Assembly (NCBI GenBank): GCA_028534125.1
Contig: CM052817.1
Coordinates: 81,966,001-82,030,000, forward strand
Origin: Lama glama
Lineage: Eukaryota
Length of the DNA stretch: 64,000 nt
Direction: 5' to 3'
Part shown: piece by piece, positions 24,011 to 38,488 of the stretch
How the letters are laid out: each line of letters starts with the position of its first letter
How positions within the stretch are numbered: the first letter of the stretch is position 1
Notes under the pieces: generated by a model
Told to the model about the DNA's origin: nothing
What the model saw: only the letters and a program-made list of their open reading frames with translations
The model's database searches: none
Made by a program: the position numbers and the translations under genes

Positions 24011-26794
24011 TTGCATTCAGAGTATAGTGGTAATTTTTCATTTCTCCACACTTCCCACGCCCAATTGAGAACAGTCTCTGCCTGTCCAATAAATGGGCAA
24101 CATCATTATTTTTTTTAAAAACTCATGAGTCTGGATAATTGCCAGAACAGATATTTTAAGGTCACGTTAATAGATTTTTATCTGTCAGAATTCTTGGGCT
24201 TCCCTGGAGTATGATGAGTCTAGACTAGGTTGGGGCCTAGGGGACCACCTTTGTTATGAGCCTGGTTGAAGCATTCTGGCCATAAATGTTTGGAAGCTCC
24301 CAGGAGAGCATGTTCACTAAAGGCCAGCTTTGTACCAGGCTTATAGTAATAGGAATGGCAATGAATTAAAGCTAATGATGGGAAAAATGTCTGGGCCTCA
24401 TTTTCTCCAAGGACCCAGCCCCCAATTTTCTATGTCCAATGGCATGCAGGAGGAATGGCAGTGAACACTTGGCTACACCTACCTGTCTTTAAACTATTGA
24501 TCACTCTGCTGCATAAATTCTGAACAAATTCAACATGCTATCTTAGCCAAGACAAATTCCTGTTTTCAGGTAGTCACCCAAGAGTGAAACAGTTCAGGGG
24601 AAGAGACTAGCCCAGAACAAATCCATTGGTATAAACAGTTACATTTGAAATAATAGGACTTCTGCAAATTACCTCGCAATCTCAGAACTTTCTGCAGTCA
24701 AATATCTGCTCCATAACTAATATTTGCTGAGAATATTGTCCTCTACCACTGGCTGTTTCATACTGAATAGAGATTTTAATAACATAGAAAAGTTTCTAGT
24801 TTATAAAATATGGAAAAGCTTTTAGTAAATAAAATATTTTAGTAAATAGAATATTTAAAAATTAACAGACTGAGATACATGCTAGAATTATTTTGTTATT
24901 TAGTAATGCTGAGATTATTATTTTTCTTCAAATAGAAAATAAAATGTGGGTATAATCTAAATTGTAATATTCTTTTCACATGGTTTAAGGACTGAGTGTA
25001 AGACTACTAATCTAATTTTGGAGGGGTCTTTTTTGTTACCTGTGATGAACCAACATGTTTTAGTATTTCCCTGTGAATTTTAGTATTATAAATTTATGCA
25101 TCAAATATGGGAACATGTTGATTGCTTTGCATAATTCAAAACAGGAAACATTTTTTTTTTCTCAAGGAACTCTGACGCATCTCAATGTCCTTAAGAATAT
25201 AAACTCTATAATTGAGAACAGGGCTAAAAGTAAAACAATAAACATGATTTCAACTAAGGATTAAGGGTAAAGAATCTGATGCCAAGATTCTGTATTCTAA
25301 TTCCCTAAGAATTTTTTGCAAGATAGAGAATTATTATTATTTTGATTAATTAGTCCCAGTTTAGGCAAAAGATAGGATTCTTAAAGGAGCATTTCTAGTC
25401 TTTGGTTCCTCTTTGAAGTCATTGCCATTGAAGCAAGAATAATATTTATGTAGCAAAATGAATCAGAAATGTATGGAATGACATTTTCACTTAAAATGGG
25501 GATGAATACTTACTGAAATAGGGAAGTGGCATAACATTACTGTAGTGAGGTGGGTTTTGGAGACCGATTGACAGGTAACCATCCCCACAAATTAATGATT
25601 AGTAGTGACCTGCACTTTCGCACATAAGATCATGATGTCAGAATTTTAATCCAGTCCTTGCAAGGGTTACTGACTTGTCTGCAATACAGTCGCTCCTTGG
25701 GGGCCCCTCCTGCATGCGTGTTGTGGAGAAAACATTACTTTCTTTCAGGTGCACACAGAGAATACCTTAGTGGGCATGTTGTCTGGAGAAGCAGCTTGTG
25801 ATCACTCAGTCACAAGATCAGGAGGCTTAGATTGGCACCACAACACAGGACTCCAGTCACTCAGCAGTTAAGGAGTGCACTGCTGTTGCTTTCAAGGCCA
25901 TTTACAAAATTTTCTAAGTTATTGAACATTTGTTCAGATAAATTAAAATCATCTGAGGAAAACGGAGCATCAGAAGGGACTGGAGCAGAACTTCTGACTC
26001 ATATGTTGCTATTAAAATGTTTATAGACACCAAGGTTGATGAGAGTGGTAACTATTGAAAGTTAGATTCTTTATAAATATTTTTCTTTATAAGAAAAAAT
26101 GTATCACCCTGTGACTTTATTACTTCTAGACATCCCATCCCAGAAATCACTGTTTTCATGAAATTTTTATTTACTTGAACTCAACATTATGATAAATTAA
26201 TCTGTAAAAGGTAAAGATGAATTTTAAATTTTGAACCAATCATTCAGCAGTGCACTTTTTCTTTTTCCATTATTTTATATCATAGATTCAATTTTAAAAG
26301 AACTAATATTTCTAGATGACTCAATTTACATTCTCCTAGGAAAAATAAGCCTAGAAATGGGATATATTTTGGCATACATCTATTAGAGCTTTCAGTATTA
26401 AATAAAATATTAAAGTCTATGATTAATCTAGTACATATCCCTTACAGATATTTTGAGTGAAATGTCACATCTTTAAAAATTTACATGGTTACTACTGCTG
26501 AGCCCGCCAGCAGTTTTAATAGTTTACCAGTCCAGGAGTTCCAGGCTGGTATTACACATGTATTCAGTATTTTCATTTATTGTTAATGAGTCAAAAGGCA
26601 CTAGGTTCTAATACATTTTGGTGCACAGAATTTTGATACATACAGGTAAAAATCACTGATCCAATCCCAACATAATCTATGCATCTACGATAATCATTGC
26701 AAACAAATATGTTTTAGACCCAAGACCATGAAGTACAACATTCTCCCTCAACAAAGAAATACACTGAGATATAAAGAAGTTCAGCGTCCTGGGT

Positions 26795-27235
26795 AAATTC
26801 ATTTAATCATAAACAATTAAGTGTTCTTCACATGCCAGGCACTCTTCTTGATCAGGGGATAAAACAGTGGAAAAAATAGACAAAGACCTTCCATGATGGA
26901 ACTTCTATTTTAGTAGAGGAGACAGACAATCAATCAATAATAAATACAGTAACAGTGATACAGCGTACCATCCAGTAGAGACAAATGCTAGCAAGCCAAC
27001 TGAAGCAGAGTAAGGGCTACATGTTGATTTGGGAGTGTGCACGCTAGTGTAGGTGGGTTGGTCAGGGAGAACCTTTCTGGGGAGGTGACATTTGAGCAGA
27101 GCACTGAATGAGACAGGAAAGCAAGCCAGGGACAGTCACATGGGTGATGCTATTGCAGGCAGGGGCAATGGCATGGGGATGCCGCCAGTTGGAGAACATT
27201 CCGTGTCAAAGGAACGGCCAGAGAGGGAGCGAAGC
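26795..27235 (-). mobile_element. L2 LINE 3' fragment
   Basis: attcatttaatcataaacaattaagtg...atgccaggcactcttct...ggggataaaacagtg...ggaggtgacatttgagcagag. Confidence 0.8.
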
Positions 27236-30200
27236 CAGCTCACTGTCAACACATCAACAAAGACTGCACCACAAAAACCTTAAGGTTGAATGGATGTGAG
27301 GATAAAGAGTAAGAATGATAATTCAGAACAGGCCCAGAAACAGAATTATTGTTGAAGCAAGTCTTCATTTACGTATATTCTCTTGCAGCGTAAGTGCATC
27401 TCCAAATGCAAAACAAACCCTGAGAATGTGGATGCGTACTCACTCTGCACTGATGGTTAAGATTCAGGAGACAAAAGGAGAGATGTTTTTAATCCAGATG
27501 AATGTCTGTGCTAACGATGATTGATTCACGCGATCCTCCATGACCAATCCAAACCTGTAGGCATATTAATAGGAAGCATGTTAAGATATACAATAGTAAA
27601 GCAGTCTATTTCCTTTACTGCTGAGCCATGAATATATCCAAAGTATGTAATACCTACTACTTAGAAGATAGCAGACATTTTGATTTCAAAAATTGATTTT
27701 TTTTTATGAAGTGGATCATTTGCAAAGAAAAATTTTCAAGTGAAATGAGATAGATTTATATTGGTGGCAAAGAGTGATGGCAAACAAGATATCTCTAAGA
27801 CTTGATAAATCTATGCCTAAACTGAAGGCAACTAAAACTTGTCCAAGTATCTTATAATGAGCTATGTTTATGATGAGTGTAATTAACCTCCATCTTTGCA
27901 TCACTAATAAATTTTTTTACAAGTATGCTAGAATTTTATTAAAGATCTAAGTTAAGTGTGGTGAACTAGGATTAAGATGTAAAGACATACTTTAGGCATT
28001 CACCAGGAAAACTCAGGAGGAAGTCTCTTTATGTGCATATGACATATGTACAATATATATACGTCAGACTCAAAATTATGTTAGAATTCGTAGGCAATTC
28101 TGACAAATGTTTAATTGACATCCTATAGGTAACCTAAGGACTCTTCATATTTCTATTCCATGCTGAATGGATGACAGACTCATTAAATCTTCATGTAACG
28201 TGTATTCAAGTTAGAAATACTGAAAATATTTTTGAGAGCATCTCCGTATCTGAAGACATATAATTAAAATGAAAGAAGACCCACAGAATGTTTAAAAACA
28301 CACTGCATAAAAGCAGATAATTTCCAGGTGACCCATTGGATACTTCCAATTTTATTTATGAATCAATTTGCCAAACCCCCAAATCAGTTTGCAAAGTACA
28401 AAGTGCACTCATCATGGTATTCTGGCAGAAAGTTGGGATCTTAATCTGTGTACCATTCTAGCCCAAATAAAATAACCACGAATGTACAAAGTTCTTTGGC
28501 AATGTCAGTTAGTTCCCCATTCCAAATTAAAACCACATTGTATGTGGTACAGATGTTGATGAAAATAAGATTCTGTTTTGCCAGAGCAGTCTGCTCACTT
28601 AAGTCATCCTTTTCTTACTCTATTCGCACAGTCTTTGGCCAAAATGCTGCCAAGAACTTAGTTATTAGTACTCAACTTTGAAGTAGAAAAGTAAGACATC
28701 TAAGAGAAATAACTCTTTAGAAAAACAGCATGATTAAAACAATAAGCACAGCATAACCAACTCCAAAAATGTGTTAATTCTTTTACAGCTATGAGTCTGA
28801 AGAAAGAGAAAGATAGCAGGAACTGAATCTGGGGTAACAATGCTCATCAGAAAGTCAGATGATGAGCTGGACTCTTCATAGGAAACTGATAAATTTGGGA
28901 AATGGCTTTGGATAAATAGAAAATGAAAAGACGACTGCCCTCTTTGCATTGAGAGAACTATCATCATGAAACTTGATGATCTCTACCATTTCATAGGAAA
29001 CCAGTCATTAAATATTTCCTCTAACTGATGCAAAAAGCTTATGACAGCACGTGCTGCACCCACGGATACATGGATCTGGAGAGTGAATCAAAACCAGAAT
29101 TTTTAGAGACAGTGACTATAAAATAGTGTTTCCTGAAAGAGGATGGTTGGGGCTGTCAGTATTACAAGACAGAAAAAGTGCATTTGCATTTGAAATTGTC
29201 TTAATTTATGCAGCTGCAGATCAAGAACAGAATGAGTCCAAGAAATGCTCAAGAGAGTTTGAAGTGGCAAAGTCAATTATCTATAATTTATAGGCAGCTT
29301 TCTATCCAAATTAAAGCACAATTCCTGGCCACTCTACATTTAATGGGCACTTCTAAATAGATATTTGTGGGACATCAGGTTAAAGTATAATTATTCCCTA
29401 TAAATTAGTCTGTACGTGAGTCTCAGTAATAATGTACATTTAAAAAATGTGTTCAGCATTGTGTGTCAAGCGCTGGGAAGAAGTAGGTGAATAAAGACAA
29501 CTTTTGTCTTCAAGAAGCTTGTGATTTGGGGTGACTAGACTCTTCCTTTTCCAAAATACTTCAAAATCTACATAGCTCTGTTCTCAGAGAATTATTTCAT
29601 TCATTTCCAAAGAAATTTCTATTGGTTCTCGTGTGTGCTCCACACACATTCTTTTGGACAATTGATATAATCAGTAACTTCCTAAATTTGGTAATCTACA
29701 CATTTTCAAAAGTAAAAAAATAATAGGTCTAGTGAGTTTAAAGAACACAAGTTCTTAAAATAAGGCAATTTACTAATATTTTTCAGCAGTTCTGTCATTG
29801 TCTAATTATGTAAGACTTAGTTAACACTCCTGGCATTTGAGAGCTTTTGCCCTGAACTATTATCAGCTTTGTCCTAGCCTTCACTACTGATTTTGAAACT
29901 GGTTCATTTGGTTTCAGGGTTATATTTTTTCACAGAATTTGGTGTCAACTCCCACAAAAAGTATGTTTTGCTGAATTTGTGGTAAACAGAGCTGAAGTAT
30001 AATTCAGGTAAAATTACTGAATAACTACCTCTGACATGTCTAGTTGTCTTAAAGTTCCGCTTGCCTCCCAATTCTGATGCTTTTAATTTTCCATTTTAAT
30101 TTCTCTGGGTCCCATTCAAATTGTTATAGGGACCATTTGTGGCTATATTCTGTGGAAAAGAGACATTCAAAACTGTGAAGATAAAAATAATAACTAAATG

Positions 30201-32669
30201 ATTCATTCCTTTTCTGAGATTTTGTTTTTCCAATCATATATTTTTTCAATTATTTTTGTGAAATAATAAAATACCTCTACGTGTCCTGGTTTTTCTATAA
30301 ATTTCCTCTGGAGTATTCAGTATAATTTCATATTACATTTTAGGACTTTCTTTTAAGCAAATTACATGTCTCCTAAAAGGTGCTGCATAAAATAACTGGC
30401 AAAAAATATTTTTATAGACTCAGTAATCATCATGAGATAACTGAAAAATAGAATCTAAATGATATTATCATCATCAATGTCACAAAACAAATGAAACATA
30501 TCTTTATATACTAAATTCTACTATAAATGCACTTTAGGTAAAACTTAGTGCTACATTTTTTATAATATTAATCAGAGAACTTAGTTTTACTTTATAACTC
30601 TACCAACCTTATTTAAATTTTGTTTAATAAGTACTAGTAAAGGCCAATAACAAAGTAAAATTCTATAAGAGTTTATTAATAGTACTCTATAACAAAGACT
30701 ACATGCAGAATAATGAATGTAACAAAACATTTTGCCTATACTGTCAAACACTGAAATATTTTTTGAAGTGTTTAAAATATTCTCATCATGTATTCTAGTT
30801 AAGTCTTTTAACTTTGGGGATAATTGAGAATTTTGGAGCAATTTCAGAGATAAGTTCAACAATATGAATTTCTGATTTCATTAAGCTAAGGTGACCTCTT
30901 TAATATTTCCCCGAATATTAAAATTGGTTTTAAAATATCAGCATACGGACAAGGCTAGTTCATAAAGGAAGTGAAAGATAGCAGTAAGTCTCTGATGCAG
31001 ATACATGTTCACACACACCTTAACAAAGCAAACTGTGACTTTTTTTTAATCGAAGCTTCTTAAGTGATTTTGCCAATTGAGACTTGAGGATATAGTGCAA
31101 TCTTCTTAAAACAAGGATTTAAAGAGAATGAATTTGCAGTTGATAGACTTGAGTGTTCTCTGAATTCTAAAAGGAAGTAATGTGATTAGTAAGTGACTGA
31201 CGGGGCCGTTTGGGAAGCTCCCTGTGCAGAGCTACCAGGGAGCTAAGGCTTAGAGCCGGTGTCTGTCAGGTGAAGATCTGGGAGCCAGCATCGCACACAG
31301 AGGGAGGGAAATGAGCCAAGTCATCACCTGGGGAGGAGCCTCTGTGTCCGAGGACCTGAGAAGGGCCAAGGAATCTGCAACGTGTTGAGGGAATGGCTCG
31401 AAATTAGGAGAGAGGACAAGCAGCCTGGGTTAATGGATTTGAACCTTATTCTAAACTCTCTTAAATGTTCTCAACAACACAGCTCAGTCAATCTCAACTC
31501 TATCTTTAGTTGCTTAAAGTAACATTTTCTTTTTTTTAATCTTAGAAGCTACATAATAAGGTTTTGATGACAGAGGCTTTAGGCATTAGGCTTACAAAAA
31601 AATGTGACAAACGGGCAACATAAGAATCCGAGTTATTTCTGTATCTCTTTTTTGAAGAATGAGTGCTAAAAACCCTTATGGAGAGTATCTCTCTTCCACA
31701 CACTGAATATTCAGTGATCACTTCATTGGTATAAGCTACAGCACTACCAAGCCGCACAGTCTAACAAAAGACTGATTATCCAGCACTTGATTCCGGTTAC
31801 AAAATTCCTAAGATGCATAAAATTAAAATGTATCTATGAAATTATAGTTCTCAGTTGCTTTTGTAATTTAGTCTTGTTGCTAGCTGATATAAATCTCAGT
31901 AATTGCAATAGGTTTACTAACGTGCTAGCTTAAAAAATAATTTCTCACACATTTTACCTTCAGCTGTTTTTCTGATAGGCAACTGTAAGGCATTGCTCTT
32001 CAAGCCTGTCATATTACTGTCATTATCGTCATCCTCTGTGACCCTGCATTTTGCATTCAGCATCCTTAGAGTTTCTTTCATTTAAAGTGATGAACTAAGG
32101 CCTTCCTGCTTCAAACCAGGCCAGCTTGTGAGCTCTTTTGATTCCTCTTAAGTCCACAGCTAAGCCAGTGTTTGCTGCTGGCCTTCACCACTGGCAGCCA
32201 ACCCATCTCATCCGGTCCGATGACAGCTGTCTGGACCTTTCTGTCATCCATTCTCTATACAGTTTGAATGCAGTGAAATCATGTCATGGTAAACAAATTT
32301 CATTTTTCATGGTTGTGCTACATAATTAAATCGTCATGGACTACAAAAGAATCCCCCTTTTATTTTTATTTAAGACTCCACTGAATTTCCTTCCTTTGGA
32401 ATCAGGAATCTATTAGAATCAGGGTAGGTTCTGACTAAAAGTTTGGAGACTAATGATCACTATTCTATCAGTTTTTGTTTTGCTTTTTAGTTTTGTTTTT
32501 GTTTTGCATTTATTGTATGTTGTGCTGACCATAGTGGAGCATATAAGAATGGTACAGAACTATGTTTTAAGTCCGAGGGACAGCTTGATTTACTGATAAG
32601 ACATATTTATGTCAAAAAAATTTTTAAGAGACAATACTTGGCATAAGATTTTCCTTTGAAAAGTCAAGA

Positions 32670-33500
32670 TTATTCTTCCCAATTTTAGTTATAAACACTG
32701 AGGATCCAAGAGGGTAAGTGACTTCTAAACTCCAAAAGGTTGATAAGGGTCAGAGCTAGAATTTGAATGGGGTTTGAACTAGATTTCAACGTTCATTCTC
32801 TTTCCACTACTACCAAATATTTGTAATGGTCTTTTCAGCTTTTAAAGAGTTTTCAAATGAGTTATCTATTTTGAACATTATATCACACCTGTGAGGTTGA
32901 TCAGACAAAATAATTATCATATTTTACTGAGAGGAAAATGTAGGCTTCAAGAGATTTGCTCGAAGACACAGTCAGTAACTGACAAAGTTAATGCTGCTAA
33001 GTAGACTTAGCCCCATTTGGAGTGTTTTTGCAGTACGTTATGATGAAATGTAGAAAGGATGAAACACCAGTATGATATCTTCAACAGTAAACTGCAGTCA
33101 TGTGAGAAACATTGAGCCAGGAATTGTCATACTAATAAATAATGATGTTGGAGTATGAATCTGGCAGTAGTGAATGTTATTAGAAATTAGGAACTGATAT
33201 TAAAGAATCTATAAAGAAAATACAACATCAAAAAACTAAAAATACAGAGCAATGTATAGAGAAGATCATCAGAACATGTTAAGCATCTTATGTGCATTAT
33301 TCTATTTAATTTAATTAATTGATTTTATTTAAATCTCACAACTAACATATGAAGCAGTAATTTTATTCTCTGATTTACATATGAGGAAATCGAGGGTTAG
33401 GGCTCTGTTCAAGGCCATATAACTAATGAAGACTAGAACTGGAATTTAAATCCAGGCATCTTTGAGTTCAAAGTCAACTTTACTACTAAGTACACCAGTA
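32670..33500 (-). mobile_element. Cluster of three antisense MIR fragments (~32670-32810, 32840-33030, 33270-33495)
   Basis: Three occurrences of the MIR motif ...attttac...gaggaaac/aat-tgagg...agagg-taagtgactt-c-caaggtcaca...tagaa(c)tggaattt. Confidence 0.65.
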
Positions 33501-33589
33501 ATTTTCAAGTTGGTCACGGTTCTGTCCTGGTTGCTTTGCCCTAACTTTTGCCTACAGTTCTTAATAAGTTGTGTCTTGGCCATGTTTTC

Positions 33590-33810
33590 CACAAAGGAGC
33601 TTATACGTCTGGCTCTGTCCCCCTGTTTCTCTTTACTTAAGATGCTGATCCTGAACAAATGTGCTTCTGCCGTTATTTGCTCTTCACAACTTTTCTATGT
33701 GCACAATGAGGGTGATACTAATACCCACTCAGTAGATGGTATGAGATTAAATGGGTTAATTTATATAAAGTACTGAGGACTTAAAGTGCCCCACATATAA
33801 TCAGAACTTC
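33590..33810 (+). mobile_element. MIR SINE
   Basis: ctggctctgtc...gatcctgaacaa...tctatgtgcacaatgagggtgatactaatacc...tgagattaaatgggttaat...aaagtact. Confidence 0.7.
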
Positions 33811-34049
33811 ACTAGCCATGAGAAGGATGAAACTGATCATTTTCCCCAAAACTATTCGTGAGCCCCTACAAGGATTTTAATCCTGAAATTGGAGTTTCTG
33901 TGGTCAGACTAGTACAATCTGTTCTGGCCTTTAGTCAAATGAATAGAAAAGATACCAAGATAATCTTCTAATATTCCTGTTATACAAGTATAAGCTTTTT
34001 GCTTCACAGAAGATGCAAACAAATTTGAAAGACCTCTCTAATGTCAATA

Positions 34050-34557
34050 CAGGCAGACCTCATTTTATTGACCTTCTCTTTGTTGTACTTAGCGGATACT
34101 GTTTGTTTTGTGGTTTTGTTTTTAACAAACTGAAGGTTTGTGGCAACCCTGAGTCGAGCAAGTCTTATTGGCATCATTTTCCAACATCAGTCTGCTCACT
34201 TCGTGTCTCAGTGTCACATTTTGGAAATTCTCACAGTATTTCAAACTTTTTCAATAATATTTTATTTGTTATGGGGATCTGTGATCATGGATCTTCGATG
34301 TTACTATTGCAAGAAGACTATGACCCACTGAAGGCTCGGATAATGATTAGCATTTTTAGCAATAAAGTATTTTTAAATTAAGGTATGTGCATTGTTTTTT
34401 CAGACATATGCTATTGTACATTGAGACCACAGTATAGTGTAAACATAGCTTTTACATGCACTGGGATACCAAAAAATCCCTGCAGCTTGCCTCATCGCTG
34501 CATGTGCTTTATTGCAGCGATTTGCAACGGAACCTACAGTACCTCCAGGTATGCCAG
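34050..34557 (+). mobile_element. Internally deleted Tigger1 derivative (Tigger1a-like MITE, ~508 bp)
   Basis: TA at 34048-34049 then TIR CAGGCAGACCTC; right TIR CAGGTATGCCAG. The body matches Tigger1 ends (aaactgaaggtttgtggcaaccctg, gtgtcacattttggaaattctc, cagtatagtgtaaacatagcttttacatgcactggga). No transposase is present. Confidence 0.9.
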
Positions 34558-34935
34558 ACTTTTCATTAGATCTGAGGTAACGAGTTCACATTTTGCAATA
34601 TTTCTTGTCAAAAACGTATTGTTTTCAGAAAGCCGTTGTGGATGCATTGTCTTACCTTTACCTAAATCTACGGTTTCTCTTCTGCTGAGTTGAGAATGTT
34701 CACCCTTACAATTTGCACCCAGGAAAGTCCCACTCTAGATGTAAAAGGCAAGCCAGTTTAGTTAACATAATGATTTTGAGAGCAGCCAAGTTAGCATCTT
34801 TCTCAAGCACTAGAGTTGAAAATCATCACATGGTGCCTGGGAGAATCATTGCTCTTGTGAAGGGGAACAATGTCTATATAATATTATTGCTCATTCATTT
34901 TTATTGTGAAACTATAGAATACTTTAAAAAGCTTC

Positions 34936-35373
34936 AAGTGAAATAAGTCAGAAAGAGAAAGACAAATACTATATGATCTCACATATGTGGAATCTAAAAA
35001 AATTGAAGGCACAGAAACAAAGAACAGATTGGTGGTGGCCAGGGTGACAGGGGAGCGGATAGGGAATGAGTGAAGGTGGTCAAAAGGTACAAACTTCCAG
35101 GTTTAAGATAAATAAGTTCTGGGGATGTAATGTACAGCATGGTGATTTTAGTTATCAATACTGTGTTGCATATTTGCAAGTTGCTAAGAGAGTAGATCAC
35201 AGAAGTTCTTAATATAAGAAAAAATGTGTAATTATGTGAGGTGATGAATATTAACTAAAATCATCGTGGTAATCATTTCACAATATATACATACATCAAA
35301 TCATTACGTTGTACACCTTAAACTAAAACAATGTTGTACATGTCAATTATATTTCAGTACAACTGGGAAAAAG
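34936..35373 (+). mobile_element. 5'-truncated L1 (L1MA-like) 3' end
   Basis: aagtgaaataagtcagaaagagaaagacaaatac...gtggaatctaaaa...aagttctggggatgtaatgtacagcatggtga...tgtcaattatatttcagtac. Confidence 0.9.
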
Positions 35374-38100
35374 ACAATGTCTCGGTAAAACAAGCAAAAA
35401 CCTACAAACAAATCTCCTCTGAAACATAAAGCCCCAAATGGTTTATAGGCCCCTTTCTAGATAATGAAAAATTATGAAAGAAATCAATTACTCATAAATG
35501 TATAAATGCTTCACCTTTTTCTGAAGATATTTTATGTGGACGCAGCCATCACTCAAAAATTTAGTTTTTAATTTAACCTTCAAAACCTAAGAATGCTGAT
35601 TTTCCAAAGATGCTGCTATGAGAATACATTATAACAAGGCAGTGGCACCCTCAAGGCAGAGGAGTATTCCCAAAGTTTTTTACAAGAATTAGGTAAATAA
35701 CAATGGCTTAGAAAAGTTGGTTTTAATTTTCCAAAATGGGTTTCCTCTTACAACAGTCCAGATTTTACAAATAAATTCCAAAGAAAAGAAATGTGCTAAA
35801 CAAAGAAAAGGAACATTTTCAGGCAAATCACAAAAAGAAAAATTAATGAGGATTAAACACTTTTCACGTTGTTCAAAAGTGCGTATTTTGATTTGTTCTC
35901 CCTTAAGTAATGCTAAATTATAGTATGAAACCCACCTTGGTAGCTACTCTTCAAAAGCCACATTACCCAGAATTACTGGTATTAAATACTAAAATAGCAT
36001 TAGCTGGTTGCTATTGTTTATAAGTTAATTTTTTTTTCTGTTTTGTGACTTCTATGAATTACATTGCATAATCTCATTTCTCTCAAGGGACAAAGGGTGT
36101 TATAGTGAAAATAACTGTGACCTAGAAACAAACAAATAAACAAAGCTTTAATTAAATATAGAGCATACTTATTTAGGGAACTGTATTGTTATAAAATCCT
36201 GAGTTTCCTTGTACCCAGTGTCTGCGAATTGAAAATGTCATCAAATGCTAATTTCATTAGAAGCTGGGGTTTCTAAATACGAAGCAGCATTTACCTTCTA
36301 TGAATTCTTATAATGCTATTAAAATGTTGTGCTGGACTCCTCATCTCTCTCTCCCTTATTTGACTCTGTGCGTACTCACTGCGTTTGCTGACTTTGTTCT
36401 TGTTGACTCCTGAGCATAGTTCAGTGAATTGATGGTTCGCAGTAATTACAACTACACCTGAAAAGCCCGCTGACGGGAAAGAAAGAAGGAAAACATTTGG
36501 TTCAAATGATATTTGAAACATAATATGTAAAACACCTGGACAAAAATGCCACATTTCTGTCGCTGAGGCTTCCGTCCTGGGCGTGCGCAGCCGTGTGGAC
36601 GGCTGGGGAGGCTGCTCCCTCGACAAACTGCCTAGTGGACTTTTCTGCACCCAACACAGCCTCTTAGGGGTCCGGGCTGTGGAGCAAACCCTCAGCTTGA
36701 AGTCTGCTCTCATCCCATATCTTCCTTCAAAAATCTCATCGCCACTTAATCCAGTGGCTCAAGTTTTCTGAATGACAGTGCCTTCAATCCTCCCAAGGAC
36801 TGAGAGACTTATTAAGTAGAATAAATGAAAACACAACTGAATACTGCAAAACCAAATGCAAATATATTTAGAATTGCCTAATAAGTACCTATTTTCAGCA
36901 CTCCATTTTTGCGTGTGTGGCTTCTTGCTTCTAAATCTTTCTAAAGTCTAGGTAAATCTTTTCTCGATGGAAAAAAGAGTAATTTAAAACTTCCAATTAG
37001 AATTTGCTTCAAAGTGATAAATTACACCTTCCTATTTGGGATGTTTTTGTGTGTAAAGAAGAGAGTCTACCATAGAAAATGTACAATATAATTCTTACTG
37101 AATTCTGCCTTTCATGATGTCATATGTGGTCACAAAGTACAAGAAGTAGAAGATATTTTGAGATGTGGTTACCGTAACTTTTTTCTTTCTGTTTTGACTA
37201 AGAAATGCAGATGATTAAGGGGATATTGTCCTCAGACAAGAAATAAAGCAGATCGAGATAGGATATAAGATATACTGGGGTCTTAAAGTAGCTTTGTTGG
37301 ATATGATGTGATATCAATTAAAACACTAATAAATTTTATTCTTCTTATTATGAGTTTAAAGACTCTGAAAACATTTCTCTCAGGCATTATGAGTGAGCTC
37401 CTGGGGCCATGTTCTGACTTTAACAACAGCCAATTGCCAATCCCCCTTCTTTGGCTTGAAGCTAGTCTTGATTGCTTTGGGTGATGAATTGGTAGGCTCT
37501 ATGGATGACTTCATAGTTGGAGCGATACGTTTCTGCTTTGACATTGCTTTGGTATTTAGTAAACTGTGAGCTGTTCTTAAAATATTGCCAATGATTCTTG
37601 AGAAGCCCAGACCTTGGATTAAAATATGGGTTTTATATAAAGATTTTTCTCACTATATCTTTATTTGCAATAACAGGAGACCCACATCATTGACCCTATT
37701 TCCAAAACTTTTCACCCCACTGGTACATGAGACCTAAATTTATCTGTGTATTTATTCCTGCACAAATCCATGTTACTGATTAAATTTCAGAACAGGAAGT
37801 GAACTGATTCTCATTATAATCTTTTGATCTAGCCATATAAATCTTAGACCAGACCTACAAGCAGAAGAATAGTCTAATAAAAAATATCCAAATTTATGGA
37901 ACATACTTGAGTGGTAATATCAGGTTTTTCTAAATTTCAGCCAGTCTAGGAAACATGTAAATATATGCCAGCATATTTCATAATCAGTTGTATTATTTCC
38001 TCATTTTTCTGTCATATCTACTCAAAGTCTTTCTGCCAGCCTTAAAAACTTAGTTCAGGACTGGTGAAAAGTTTTATAAATTTATTTTTGAAAAAAATTA

Positions 38101-38488
38101 TTATGGGATTGATTGTGTCATCATAAAAATTTCAGCTGAATCTTCATACAGGGACAACGCCTGCAGGAAAATTTTCCCATCTTGCTGACATCAGGTGTGG
38201 CCATGTGAGTTCCTTTTGCCAGTTAAATAAGAATGGAAGTAATAATACTTCTAAGCAGATATTTCAAAGCATCCCAGAGATCCACCATCATTCCTTTCTT
38301 TCTGCCATGAAAACAGCTTATAGGAGATAGAGGCTGTGCCTTCCAAAGGGTGTTAGAATGTCGAACATATGGAGCAGAACTGCATTAGCATCATTGAGAG
38401 TATGAAAAAAATGTTCATTGTTGTAAGCCATGGAGAAGTTGGGGTGATTTGTTACTGTAGCGTAGTCTATTGAAAGCTGACAGATACA
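38101..38488 (+). mobile_element. Old MaLR LTR (MLT1H/I/J-like)
   Basis: ggtgtggccatgtgagtt...ttgccagttaaataagaatggaagt and 3' end tgttgtaagcca...ggggtgatttgttactgtagc...gctgacagataca. Confidence 0.75.

Noticed and set aside
34013..34693. ORFs of 122 and 102 aa over the Tigger element
   Set aside because: They lie in the non-coding terminal parts of an internally deleted element and have no transposase motifs.
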